A stretch of DNA of 64,000 nucleotides from Chiloscyllium plagiosum (GCF_004010195.1 NC_057720.1:21605907-21669906); one strand, 5' to 3'; shown: positions 11,856-24,545, counted from the stretch's first letter. Translations and numbers: made by a program. The notes: a model not told the origin generated them from the sequence alone.

Positions 11856-13889
11856 ATCTGAATGTTGTGGAGTGAAGTTTCTCATGATGGAGAGTAGGTT
11901 GAGAGGCATCCCGAGACATCTTGTTTTGACCTTCTGATTATCAGTTAGTTTTCAACATTTCAGGGTGCATGCAGTTGCCTGAAATACCTGAGCATCTTTA
12001 GGACACTGATGAGCCTGAAAGAGGCAGCACCTTGTGCAGCTTCCCTTGTCAGGCCAATGGGCCTTGAGAGAGAGTGGATATGTGACTGAACCATTGACAA
12101 CCCCCAGCCTCCAATTGAAGTGTATTCCCAGTTCAAGAACCCCTGGTGTCTGCAGTCAAGGAGTCAGTCGCTTATGAAAGATGAGCAATGCTTGGCCATT
12201 ACAACTTGTTTCATCTTCAGGATGTCTGAAGAGTGGCTGCTCATCTCTCATAAGGGAGTGACTGAAACCACGTCCAACAGCAACAGCACCACAGTCTGAG
12301 GGCTCAATATAGGCTTGCAGTCTGAAATGGTGTGCAGCCTAGCTTTATATATGGCACCAGAGGTGTAAATATCAGGAGATCCTAGCGGCAGCGAGCATTT
12401 CCACTTCTGCTGCTGCTGTGTGATTCCATAAGACAAGCACTGCAGAAACCAGACACATAATATTAAGATGAAGAGTGGTAGATTATGTGAGAAAAGTCGT
12501 TGTGAACCACAATGGACCAGATGCCATGTATCTCAGTTGACAAAACACTAACTCAAAATGGGAAAATTCAGCTCCATGCTTTTATTTGAGAATGGTATCA
12601 AAGGTTAACTGCAGCAAGAATCGAATAATCAAAGAAAATTGGAAGAGGGAGAAATAAATTAATTAAAATATTTTTTAAAAGTGCTTCAACATCCGCAAAC
12701 TGGATTGTAAATGTATTTGCCATTTTACTCAAGGTATCACATTTTAACTGCTGCTTGCACCCTTGAAAAAAACGGTTAAGAATTTGTCCATTGTAGCTGC
12801 TGCCTGCCCTCTTTTGCTATTGAGGAATCATACTGAACAGTGTAATAAAACGAAAACATTGCATGCACATAATGGTTAGAATGTGCTCTGAAAAATGGCA
12901 GAATAATGTGAATGCCAGAAACAAATGAGCTGAGTGGATTAGCATGCATATCTTGTAACTCGATTGTAAAAAGATCTCATACATCTCTCAGAAAATATAT
13001 AATAAACTATAATTCAGTATTTTTGCGCAGTGTGAATATATACGTTTCTGAATTATGCCATTAGTTCAAGGAGTTGTATGTGGAAACATAAAATATCACC
13101 AAAAAAACAGCAGTTTGAGCTTTGTTTTGTTTTGATTGCTCAATTGAATGTGTTGGACAATGAATCTTTATATCTGGTTGATTGCCAATAGAAAATAGTG
13201 TTGCCATGTTGCATGGTATTTGCAGGTTATCAGCTTCTCTTCAGTGCAAAACTTGCTAGAAAGAGTGAGAATTGTATTGTCACTTTGCTTATTCACTCAA
13301 TACATTTGCATTTAAGCAAAAGTGTTTAAGAACCAGCAGCTTAACATTCATAGAAGCCATGCCTGGTGTACATGTGTAAAACAAGTATTTGATATTAATT
13401 TAGTGGACAGGATGCGTGCACATATTACATGACACAAGGTGAGGATGTGCTGCAAGTCAATAGATATTCAGTATAGACATTCAGATAGACCCATTTTTGT
13501 TCTCCTTACTAATATTGGATTCCTTGAGCCAGTGCAAAGCCAGCTGTACTCCAAGATAAGTACACCTACAAATGAGCTAATTAAGGAGGGAAGTTGGCAC
13601 CAAAAAAGTAGATTTTCAAAAATACTTACCTGAATATGGAGCATGAGGAGCTTATAGCTTCCAGAGTTTACTTTTACAGCATTCCAAACAGTGTTGCTAT
13701 GTTTGACCTTCTCCCAAAAAGACCATACCTCCCTCCTGGTTTCCTGCCTTCCTCCCTCCCAGTTACCTCATACTCAGCAGGAATCTACCTGGGAATTGCT
13801 GCCAGTGAAGCAGTTGGCCCACAGTCATCTGCAGAGAACTGGCAAATTACCTCTGGATGTGTACAGCTCCCCACCAGTGCTCTGGTGTG

Positions 13890-14022
13890 CTTCCTGATGA
13901 AGGGCTTTTGTCCGAAATGTCGATTCTCCTGTTCCTCGGATGCTGGTTGACCTGCTGTGCTTTTCCAGCACCACATTCTTGGCTCTAATCTCCAGCATCT
14001 GCAGTACTCACATTCGCCTAGA
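13890..14022 (+). mobile_element. Short Penelope-LTR-derived insertion with hammerhead core
   Basis: CTGATGA A GGGC TTTT GTCC GAAAT GTC at 13894-13921; possible TSD tctggtgtg/tctgatgtg. Confidence 0.8.
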
Positions 14023-15870
14023 GTTCTGATGTGGCCTAGTTTCATGTGAGCCTTGGGTTTCTGGTGTGCACTTCCTGTGTGCTATCTATTTCACTGAAAA
14101 TGGAACAAAGAAAATTTTCACATGAGCAATCCAAATCTTTATGTATTTCCTGCAATCAAAAAGGCTTGCTTTAATGCAAACATCAAATCTACAGATTTCA
14201 TAAGTGGATCTTCTCTGACACTAGATTACAGTCAAATTACGGAGCTGTTGGGTACATGAATATTTCTGAAACCTAACCTGATACATCATAATATTTCAAA
14301 GTTTAATTTGAATCCTTCCTGATTAAGCAGGTATTGTTAGTCCTCTATCCACTATAGTATTAAGAGCCAAAAATACTGGATAATGAAATAACTATTTTTC
14401 TCTAATCGGATTTTTCTTGCATGGTGATAATATTATTTGTTTACCAGATAGCCTGAAATGAATCCACTCATACCTTTAAAACCTGCCACTGTTAGACCAG
14501 GAAATAAAATCTCTGCTATAATTAGGGCAACCAAGTATTTTCTGTGTAATTAAGAGGGCTTTGTTCATAATTTGTGCATAATTATTTCCTGATAGGCTTA
14601 GCCTTTCTTTTTAAGTAATAGCTGTGCAAAGCTAAAACACAATTTATTCATTTAGTCCAGAATACTTTTGAAAAATATCACATTATTTTATGAATCATCA
14701 TTGATTAAATAAACAAATCTATAACATCACAATTTGCAGTTACAAATTTGATTCTCAGTTGTTTTCATGGATGATTAGATGTAAAAGTGATTTAATTTAC
14801 TGAGTGTGTACTCATTGTTCTTGAGTAATTTTAACCTTTTCCAACACCTTCAGCCAATCCATTTTCCTGTCTATTGGAATGCAATATGTACAGTGAAGAA
14901 AGTTAAGTGGCAAAGACAGTTTGGGTTAAGTGTCACGTTTCTGCCCCTTTGTCTTCTTAATGGGGATTGTATACATTTGGAAATCTGCTGGGATGAAGTC
15001 TTCATTGTGAAGGTCATGTGTTCCCGGATGGAAGTATAAAACAGGGACTTGAATGATGAAATCCAGCTGATGCCAATATAAAATTAACAGAGGAGAAAAT
15101 ACACAAAGTGCAAATTGTAAATTTTAATTTAAAGCTGAGTTTTGATTAATGTTTCTCGAAGGGCTCTCATTATCTGTGTTTGAGAAATGGACGCATATTA
15201 ATGCATATTAACTCAATGTCTAATGTTGTACTGATAAAAATCCCAAATGTCAGTTAATTGTGCATTTGTATTCTTTGATGTATCTATAAGTGATTAAAAT
15301 GTTTTTTTAAAAGTAACATTTGTATGTAGCTCTGGAATAGTTCCTATTGAAGGAAATGAAAGCTTTTGGTAGCTGACAAGGATAGCCATCTATTCTAATA
15401 TTTACCATATTCTCTTGTCAGCTTGGCATTTTCCCTCAGAATCAGAAGGCTTAATATTGACAGGGGTGGGTTGTGGGTGCAGAGTTTCTGTCAAGAAACC
15501 TAGGCATTCGGTTTTTGCACTGACAGATTTCCCATCCAAAAGTCAGCCTGATTGATAGGTTTGCTTCCACTTGAGCATGGAGTGCTACAGAAAATGCCTC
15601 AGGTAAATTGTCTGTTGCTCAGAAAGGGAGTGTTGTAGTAGGTGGAGTGGTACATTCAACTGATGCCAGGGGAGGTGTTCAATCTCTGCCAAGTGTTGGC
15701 AGTAGATCTGTTGCAGAAGGTAGATTGGGAGTGTAGGGGATAGCATTACCTTCTCCCTGAGGCTGTCCTTGCCTCCTTTCAGTTAGGATTCCCCAAATCT
15801 TAGAAAATCCAGTTAGCCAAGTTTAAATTGCAAAGCAAGTTAAAAACTCAGTAGCTGCCAACCTAATGGA

Positions 15871-16065
15871 GGAGAAAGTGAGGACTGCAGATGCTGGAGA
15901 TCAGAGCTGAAAATGTGTTGCTGGAAAAACGCAGCAGGTCAGGCAGCATCCAAGGAACAGGAGAATCGACATTTCGGGCATAAGCCCTTCTTCAGGAATG
16001 AGGCTTTTCCTGTTCCTTGGACGCTGCCTGACCTGCTGCGCTTTTCCAGCAACACATTTTCAGCA
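15871..16065. mobile_element. Fold-back Penelope-LTR-derived insertion with minus-strand hammerhead, 13-bp TSD
   Basis: Inverted arms gctgaaaatgtgttgctggaaaa.cgcagcaggtcaggcagc / gctgcctgacctgctgcgcttttccagcaacacattttcagc; TSD ccaacct(a/c)atgga at 15858-15870 and 16066-16078. Confidence 0.85.
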
Positions 16066-16265
16066 CCAACCTCATGGACACAATTACAGGAATTCCAGAT
16101 TCTTGGTTGGGCATTGACATGTTCAATAATTGTCCTATCTCCCTTAAACCCAGAAGTGAATGTCTTTTCATGGAAGTATTTTATTCAGAGAGTCCTTTCT
16201 TATTTATGAATATACCAAATCATACAAAAACACCATTAACTGACATTGGGGATTTTTATCAGTTC

Positions 16266-17365
16266 AATTGAATTGAATTGAATTGAATTGAATTTATTGT
16301 TGCGTGTATCAAGGCACAGTGAAAAGCTTTGTCTTGCGAGCAATACAGGCAGATCACAGAGTTAAGTAGCTTAGATAAGTAAATAATAGATAAACAACAG
16401 CAAAAACAAAAACACAGGTATAGGTGAATGTTAAGAGTTTGGAGTTCATTCAGTATTCTAACAACAGTAGGGTAGAAACTGTTTCAAAACCGGCTGGTGC
16501 GTGTGTTCAGGCTTCTGTACCTTCTACCTGATGTAGAAAAGCATTGCCATGGTAGGATGGATCTCTGAGAACGCTGGCAGCCTTTCCTTGACAGCGGGCC
16601 TGGTAGATGGATTCCATAGATGGGAGATTGGCCTTTGTGATTGTTCGGGCCGAGTTCACCACTCTCTGTAACCATCTCCGATCTTGAATGGTACAGTTGC
16701 CATACCAGGTAGTGATGCATCCAAACAGAATACTCTCGATGGCGCTCCTATAAAGGTTGGCAAGGGTATTTGCCATCATACCAAATTTCCTCAGCTTCCT
16801 GAGGAAGAAGAGACGTTATTGGGCCTTTGTAACCAGTGCATCCACATGAAGAGTCCAAGAAAGCTTGTTATGGATGACCACTCCCAGGACTTTGACACTC
16901 TGCACTTGTTCCACCTCTGTGCTGTTAATGTGTAGGGGGGTGGGGCATGAGTAACATCCTGCCAAATGTAAATAATGAGTACCTTGGTTTTGCCGGCATT
17001 GAGACCTAGGTTGTTCTCAGTGCACCATTTTTCTAGGTATGCCACCTCCTCTCTGTTGTTTCATCACCATCTGAGATCCGACCGACTATGGTGGTGTCAC
17101 CAGCGAACTTGTAAATAGCATTAGTCTGGTATTTGGTGACACAGTCATGAGTATGCAGTGAGTAATCACCCCTGGGGGTCTCCAGTGTTGAGTGTTAGTG
17201 ACGATGAAATATTTTCCCCAATCTTCACTGATTGTGGCCTGTGGGTCAGAAAACTGAGGATCCAGTTGCAAAGATTGGGGCTTAGTCCAAGATCACAAAG
17301 TTTAATAATCAGTCTCGAGGGAATAATAGTGTTGAAGGCTGAACTGTAGCCAATGAGTAGGATTT
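16266..17365 (-). mobile_element. Rex1/Rex-Babar-like LINE 3' fragment with (TTCAA)n tail
   Basis: 'LYRSAIESILFGCITTWYGNCTIQDRRWLQRVV', 'WCTENNLGLNAGKTK'; (aattg)n at 16266-16293. Confidence 0.85.
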
Positions 17366-17479
17366 CAATTTATATCAATGAGTTCAATTTATGATGTGCA
17401 GTTAGCCTGAGAACATTAAAGTTTTAACATCTCGCCCTACTCTAACACACCCACATTTGGAAGAGTTAAAATTCAGCCT

Positions 17480-17820
17480 AAAATGAGATGGATTCTAGTT
17501 TCACTCCAGCAGATAGTCTAGGCTCATATTCCAGTGCAATGTAGCGAGAGAACTGTATTTTCTAAGGTGCCATCATTTAGATTAAATGTTAATCTGAGGC
17601 AATGCTGGTCTGTTTGATAGATGTGAAAGGTCTCATTGGAGTTATTTGAAGTCAGTGCTTGAGTTAGCCAATGACTTGTACTGAAAGCATTTATCCTCAA
17701 ACAACACCATCATAACAATGAGTTGTTTGCTATCATCATTCCTTATTACATGCAAATTAGCTGCTGCATTTGAAAATTTAACAGAAACTGTGCTACAATG
17801 TTTGTGAAGAACATTTTTCT
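17480..17820 (+). mobile_element. Old Deu-domain-like SINE
   Basis: ccagtgcaat...aggtgccatcatttagattaaatgttaa...gatgtgaaaggtctcattgg...atttatcctcaaacaac resembles the Deu core as I recall it; heavily diverged. Confidence 0.55.
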
Positions 17821-17889
17821 AAGGATCTTAAGAAAAGCAATTTCTTGACATATCCTGCTTAAATATCAGTTTATCCAAAACTCCACTGC

Positions 17890-18130
17890 TCATATCAAAT
17901 CCCACATGAACTCTCATTCACACATCACCCAATCCTTGCTGACCAACATTGCCTCCTAGTCCTTCAATGCATTACATTTAACATTGTTATCTTTTTGTTA
18001 AAATACTTCACTCTTCACAATCTCAATAATCTTTATCAGTCTACCTCTAATCTTCCCCTCCCTTCCCTGGACCTCTTCGTCCTTCCTATTGTGCAATTCC
18101 CTGTCTTGTAGTTTTGCAATTAGATGCTTA
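17890..18130 (+). mobile_element. L2-like LINE 3' ORF remnant
   Basis: cacatcacccaatccttgctgaccaacattg... approximates 'HITPILADLHWLP..RI.FKI'. Confidence 0.5.
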
Positions 18131-18145
18131 GGCCAAGCTAGATCC

Positions 18146-18440
18146 ATCTGAGGAGCAGTAAAATCGACGTTTCGAGCAAAAGCCCTTCATTGTAGAGAGA
18201 GGAGGAAAGCTTCTTCAAGGCAGGCATCCTTGCAAGATGATTCGCAGTAGGGTTAAAATCAACTAGGTAAAAACAATGACTGCAGATGCTGGAAACCAGA
18301 TTCTGGATTAGTAGTGCTGGAAGAGCACAGCAGTTCAGGCAGCATCTGACATGTCGATTTTACTGCTCCTCGGATGCTGTCTGAACTGCTGTGCTCTTCC
18401 AGCACCACTAATCCAGAATCTGGCTTCCAGCATCTGCAGT
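18146..18440. mobile_element. Rearranged fold-back Penelope-LTR-derived insertion, 12-bp TSD
   Basis: Inverted arms 18278-18347 / 18372-18441; partial hammerhead on minus at 18163-18190; TSD ca(a/g)gctagatcc at 18134-18145 and 18441-18452. Confidence 0.8.
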
Positions 18441-18534
18441 CAGGCTAGATCCGGGTTGGTAAATTTCTAACCAAAACTCCTCAGTGTTTTCACATTCCTG
18501 TCCTCCTTGAACATGCTGAAATTCCACTTATGGA

Positions 18535-19000
18535 GTCCTAGAGTCACAGAGATGCACCGCATGGAAACAGACCCTTTGGTCCAACCCGTCTATGCCAACC
18601 AGATATCATAACCTCACCTAGTCCCACCTGCCAGCCCCGGCCCATATCCCTCCAAACCCTTCCTATTCATACACCCATCCAGATTCCATTTAAATGTTGT
18701 AATTGTACCACCCTCCACTATTCCTCTGGCAACTCATTCCATACATGCACCACCCTCTGCGCAAAAATGTTGCCTCTTAGGTTTGGTTTAAATCTTTCCC
18801 CTCTCACCCTAAACCTATGCCCTCTAATTTTGGACTCCCCCCATCCCAGAGAAACGACCCTATTTACCCAATCCATGTCCCTCATGATTTTATAAAGTTC
18901 TATAAGGTCACCCCTCAGCCTCCGACAATCCAGAGAAAACAGGCCCAGCCTATTCAGCCTCTCCCTGTAGCTAAAACCCTCCAAACCTGGCAACACTTCT
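18535..19000 (-). mobile_element. CR1 3' fragment
   Basis: 'LPGLEGFSYRERLNRLGLFSLDCRRLRGDLIELYKIMR...VWNELPEE'. Confidence 0.92.
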
Positions 19001-19400
19001 TTGACCCTCTTTTCAAATGGTCTTTTTCTTTCTCTCAGTCTATGTTTCTGTTTGATGGGACTGAATTGTGTTGGGATGGTGAGCTCCCTCAACTGGGCAA
19101 GAAGCAGGACCCTAGAAGAGACATGACTAGCCAATTAAAACTCCTGCTACCTAACCTAACTCCAAGACCTGATAGATGAAGCAGAAGAGGGTTGTATGAT
19201 CGTAGCATCAGGAGGTGTTTCATCCAGAGGCCAGGCCTAATGCTAGCAAAATACTGCGGTACTGGTGGAATTTAAATCAACTAATAAAATCTGCAATTCA
19301 CAACCTCAATAATGGTGACCACACCAACTGTCATCAATTTCTGTAATCAAAAGAATCAGAGTTGTGACAGCTTCATAGCCAATCAGAAGGTCAGTAGTTT

Positions 19401-19605
19401 GCTGTTGTTAGCGAGCTGTGTTAGCGAGCTGGGTTAGCGAGCTGTTGTTAGCTAGCTGGGTTAGCTAGCTGGGTTAGCTAGCTGTTGTTAGCTAGCTTTA
19501 GCTAGCTGGGTTAGCTAGCTGTTGTTAGCTAGCTGGGTTAGCTAGCTGGGTTAGCTAGCTGTGTTAGCTAGGTGTGTTAGCTAGCTGTGTTAGCTAGCTG
19601 TGGCT
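19401..19605. repeat. Minisatellite with 13-14 bp units (GTTAGCTAGCTG(G/T)...)
   Basis: About 15 tandem units; the first three have AGCGAGCT and the rest the palindromic AGCTAGCT core. Confidence 0.95.
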
Positions 19606-21267
19606 ACTGCTGAGGCTGCACCACCAGGAGAAATCACCTCAGTGGGCACACTCAAAAAGAGTGGGGTTAAGTTGGGGGGATGCGTAGGACTGGGAAGGAC
19701 ACCCCAGATATTGGGGTAGGATATCATTGGTTAGGATGAATTGCAGATCTGGTCATTTCTGATGGCGTCACCTCCATGGACCCTTCTACAGGCCATGGCC
19801 AAGACCTCTCCCTGAAATCCAGTGGAAAGCTGTCAGCTTTACCTAGCATTCATCCCAGGTAGCAACAGGCCCTGCTGAGTCAGGCAAAAAGGCCTGCTTG
19901 GGCCTCAATTGACCTCCTGATAGGTAGCCATGCTGTCAAGATTCCTGCTGTTGTGGCAGATCACCATGGCAGTGGAAAGATGTTAGGCTCCCATTTGAAT
20001 GTCTTCCTCCGCTATATTGCCAGTTGCTTTGCCGCCCAGCCCTTTGGGACTATTCTGGAAAAATACAGCCTATTGTGTCTCGGTGGAGTGCTGTGTGAGT
20101 GTTTTTCTATGATAAAGACATTCGTATAATTGCAAGTTGTTCTTGCTAAGACTGAACAGCAAATAAAATCTGATGGAATGTGACTGTGATTGAAAGGGAT
20201 TCAAGTGCCGTATATACCTGATAACTTGGAATTCTCCTGTGTGCAAAAAAGACTGTTTGAATTAAAGAGATGATGCAAATGAAACAACTCAACATCTGAA
20301 TTAAAGAAAATAGACTACATTTGAAATGGATAGACTGGATTAATGGAATCCATCTCCCTAGTAACTAATTCAATTGTTCTTTGTTGACAAGTGATAATTA
20401 TTTTCTGTGGTATTCAATCCACGTTGGAAAACACAGATGAGCAGTAAACCTTCCGTTATTCTATTCATGTGCAATGTCTCCTTGTCTGGTAAGTATTAGT
20501 TGGTCAGTAAAAGTACCAATACTTTGAGTACCTCTGACATATCCTTCAACAAAGATGTTTCTTGCAGGACTCTGTAGTTTTAATGAGAAAATGCAAAATG
20601 AACAGTTTGTATGTATGTGTGTGTGCGTGTGCAGGGGATGGATTTTGTCGTTTAAAATTGTACCTCATTATCTTTTGTTGCCTGTGTAGTGCAACATTAA
20701 ATTATGCTCAGCATGACCCATGAATTTTCAATATTCAAGTGTTCATTTGTACAAATGAATCTCCATTTAAAACAACCCAGATCCTCACCATTCGGGAGGT
20801 TGATTTGCGGCTGAAAGTTTTTTTTTAAGAAACAAGGCAATTTTGGATAAGAATAATTAAATATATAAAAAAGGCATAGACAGACAAGCCATAAATTGTA
20901 AAATGTTCTTCCTATGGAGCCAGCTGTGAGTGTTCCAGGCAGGAGAGGATCCAGGTTATTCTTGAATTTAAAACATAAACAAATAGTAGCCTCAAGTCAA
21001 AAGGTGCTGGAAGGAATATAAATCTGTATCAAAGCTTGCAAGCCAAATAATACCCTTGTATTATAAGAATGGTGTGGGCTTATTGAAAGTCAAACAGACT
21101 TTTGTGACCCCCATTAGCCCCTTAACCAGTTTATTTCTTTTTCTTACCACTGCCGCTTATGCTGCATGTCACTAAAAGAGAGGGACTCTAGCCACTACTT
21201 TGACTGTTAGTTGGAAATCCAACTGCAGTTCACAAAGCACATATCTTTGGAGGTGAGGCTATTTCTA

Positions 21268-21336
21268 CCACAAATTCAACCCAAACTCTGGGTCAGATAT
21301 GTCGATGACACGTTTGTAATCATTAAAAACACGGAG
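21268..21336 (+). mobile_element. Tiny Penelope-type RT catalytic-motif fragment
   Basis: Translates PQIQPKLWVRYVDDTFVIIKNTE (YVDD motif). Confidence 0.8.
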
Positions 21337-21460
21337 TCACTTTAGTTCAGAGCTTAGGCTGAAATCCATCAAATCCCGAGGATTTGTCAGTTCACAGGTC
21401 TAACAGTTTACTTAGTACCACTTTGTTGTGGTTCTGTTCGCCGAGTTGGAAGTTTTTGTT

Positions 21461-21500
21461 GCAAACGTTTCGTCCCCTGTCTAGGTGACATCATCAGTGC
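21461..21500 (-). ncRNA. Minimal hammerhead ribozyme motif
   Basis: GCA CUGAUGA U GUCACCU AGAC AGGGGAC GAAAC GUU UGC; stem I GCA/UGC, ACGU palindrome. Confidence 0.75.
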
Positions 21501-22029
21501 TTGGGAGCCTCCTGCGAAGCGCTTCTTTGATGTTTCCTCCGGTGTTTATAGTGGTCTGTCCCTGCCGCTTCCGGTTGTCAGTTTCAGCTGTCCGCTTTAG
21601 TGGTTGGTATATTGGGTCCAGGTCGATGTGTTTGTTGATGGAGTTTGTGGATGAATGCCATTCCTCTAGGAATTCCCTGGCTGTTCTCTGTCTGGCTTGC
21701 CCTATGATAGTAGTGTTGTCCCAGTCGAATTCATGTTGCTTGTTGTCTGCGTGTGTGGCTACTAAGGATAGCTGGTCGTGTCGTTTCGTGGCTAGTTGAA
21801 TTCGACTGGGACAACACTACTATCACAGGTCAAGCCAGACAGAGAACAGCCAGGGAATTCCTAGAGGCATGGCATTCATCCACAAACTCCATCAACAAAC
21901 ACATCGACCTGGACCCAATATACCAACCACTACAGCGGACAGCTGAAACTGACAACCGGAAGCGGCAGGGACAGACCACTATAAACACCGGAGGAAACAT
22001 CAAAGAAGCGCTTCGCAGGAGGCTCCCAA

Positions 22030-22069
22030 GCACTGATGATGTTGCCTAGCCAGGGGACGAAACGTTTGC
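22030..22069 (+). ncRNA. Minimal hammerhead ribozyme motif
   Basis: GCA CUGAUGA U GUUGCCU AGCC AGGGGAC GAAAC GUU UGC. Confidence 0.72.
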
Positions 22070-22304
22070 AACAAAAACTTCCAGCTCGGCGAACAGAACC
22101 ACAGCAACGAGCACCCGAGCTACAAATCTTCGCACAAACTTTGAATGTATTGGGATCTATATTGTGTTCCTACTTTCAGTGAGACACCACGAGCTTAAAA
22201 TCATGTACAGAGCAAGCATGCCCAAGTTCCTGCACAGAGCAGACACATCAACAAACACAAATGTTCCTCAATCCCTGATGTACTGTCAACATTTTTTCAT
22301 GACA

Positions 22305-22498
22305 ATGTTATGAGTAATGTTCAATGACACAGGCTCTATTGCTGTTGGCCCCAAAGTGCAGGAAGTCATCTCCCTCATTGAGCTCAGAAGGGAATAGGGC
22401 AGAGGCTTGTATCTCCTGGGGTCATTGAGGGAGATGATTCCCTGCACCTTTGGGCCAACAGCACCGGAGCCTGTGTCATCGAGCATGACTCATAACAT
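22305..22498. repeat. Imperfect ~85-bp-arm palindrome (MITE-like hairpin)
   Basis: atgttatgagtaatgttcaatgacacaggctc...tcatctccctca pairs with tgagggagatga...gagcctgtgtcatcgagcatgactcataacat. Confidence 0.85.
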
Positions 22499-22599
22499 GG
22501 TGACAACACACATTTTTAGTAATATATACGAATACTTGATCCTCTGTGAGTAATATGAAAGCTCGTTCAATGGACCTGCTTGATTCATGTTAACTTAGA

Positions 22600-23090
22600 C
22601 TTTTGGCCATTCATGTAGAAGTGCTGCCTTTGTCCTACCAGATGTGGTGGTCATGGATTTGATGAATTTCTGCAGATTGCGCACACTGCTGCTACTGTGC
22701 ACTGGTGGTGAAGAGTGTACTGGCAGTCAATTGGGCTGCTTCACTCTGGAATTTCTTGAGTGTCATTTGTAGCTGCACTCATCCAGATAAATGAAAGTAT
22801 TTTATCACACTCTTGCCTTGTAAATTATGGAGTCAGTGTGCAAATTATTATGAAGGAAGTGTTGCTATGAAGTATTGCTGATGACCCTCTCTGTCGCTTT
22901 ACTGATGATCAGACTGAGGGGTGATAACTAGAATAGCGTTGGGTCTATCCTGCTTTTTATGTACAGGACATACCTGGGCAATTTTCCACATTGTTGGGTA
23001 GATGCCTGTTTTGTAGATGTACTGTAATAACTTGGCTAGTGGCACAGAACGTTCTGGAACACCAGTCGTGCAGTGCCTCTGCTGCTGCAC
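22600..23090 (-). mobile_element. Decayed CR1/L2-group LINE RT fragment
   Basis: 'PLAKLLQYIYKTGIYPTMWKIAQVCPVHKKQD'. Confidence 0.7.
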
Positions 23091-23099
23091 ATTCAGTCA

Positions 23100-23790
23100 G
23101 TAGACAGGCAGGAGGCTGGAAGAACACAGCACATTCAGTCCGAAGATAAGGGAGAGATTGATGTTTGGAGAACAAGAGGTTGAATGGAGGGTTTCACTTT
23201 GGATGGCTATTATTGCAATCAAGGTGTGCATTTGCCAGACAGGGGCACAGTATTTTGCTGCTGAGTGTGAGAGGGTACATGCCGAAGACCAGGGTGCTGT
23301 GGCAGCAATGACCCATGTGGATCTAGCAAGATCAATCAAGACGTTGTTTTGGGTTTTGATCATTGCTGATGTTTTCTCTGAAGAACATATTAACATCCAG
23401 AATCAATCCCAAGTACATTGGGTTGGGGTCACGCTTTAGTCTCTAACAATGGATGTGACATACAATTCTTTTTCCGCATTGGCATTGTGGAGGTGAAATA
23501 CACTGGATATAGTTTTAAAGAGATTCAACATGAAAAGAATCATCGTGTGCTGCAGTAATCTTTATAGCTTTTGTCTCAGGATCCAAGATGTAGAAGGACA
23601 GAGCTTGTATGGCGCAATAGATGGCATCAATATACAACTTGCAAGGCATGGTTATTGGCAAATCATTTAGAGAAATGCTGAACAGGATTGGGGCTGACAC
23701 TGAGCTCTGTAGTAGTTCATTGGCCAGTCTGCCCCATGCACTTCTCCAATGTACAAAATGGAGTAGAATTGCCAGAAATGGCAACTTGAA
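23100..23790 (-). mobile_element. Decayed Ingi/Vingi-like LINE RT fragment
   Basis: 'SSACTLSHSAAKYCAPVW' (cf. LCYSAAEYCAPVW) and 'SVSAPILFSISLNDLP' (cf. GSVLAPILFNIYTNDLP). Confidence 0.6.
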
Positions 23791-24545
23791 CGCTTAAATC
23801 TTCCTCTAGCAGTATTCTAACTGTGGCAGAGGAAGGAATAGGCCAAGTACGCCCACCCATCATCATTCACTGCTATTGGGCAAGGATTGGGGACACCGGA
23901 AACATTCAATGGAGGCAATCTGTTCCCCTAGAAACATATTCCCCTTTTAATTCACTCATCACATGGATCCACCTCTCTCAGCCCTTCCCCTTTGATCTGT
24001 CAGCTAGGCACTGCCAATCCACTGAATTTACGTTAATTCATTAACCTACTCTACTTTGGGAACTTGTAGTAACAGCACTAACCTTAATTTCAACCTGGTC
24101 CTGCTGGGACCAATCAAATTGACTGTCAGCTCTCTAAGACTCTCACAGATATGGGTGCCAGTCTTAACAAGATGTTGCAGGTAAATGACTGCAGGCTGGG
24201 CTCATAGCTGACTTTTCAGTTGGGGGGTGACGAGGCATATAGCTCCCACAAATTCCAGTGAGTTAAGTATTTATATGATGCTTCTAGCATTGCATGGAAC
24301 TAAAACCTAAGCAGTTTACAAGGACAAAGTACTTGGACAATTCTGTTGGAGAATTATGTTATTTTGAAACAATGTGACTCCAGCAGCAGATCCCTATTAG
24401 GTTGAATACCGAAGACTGAGCACACCAAGGATTATATTATTTCAAGTTGATTCTGCCTACGATTTAGATGTGTTTGCATTTGTACAAATGCTACAAAGTC
24501 TCCTTCCATATACAATGTTTAAATTGATGGTCAGCAACATGATTA

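Larger units (their letters stand above)
21423..22143. mobile_element. Penelope-like element 3' end (GIY-YIG C-terminus plus pLTR) as a 311-bp-arm inverted repeat
   Basis: Arms 21423-21733 and 21797-22107 are near-identical reverse complements; encode 'EFDWDNTTI.GQARQRTAREFLEAWHSSTNSINKHIDLDPIYQPL'. Confidence 0.92.

Noticed and set aside
13625..13800. Strong minus-strand donor (CAG|gtaagt) at ~13630 as an upstream exon of the 6633-6770 candidate
   Set aside because: The frame needed for the join has a TAA seven codons upstream, and there is no good acceptor.
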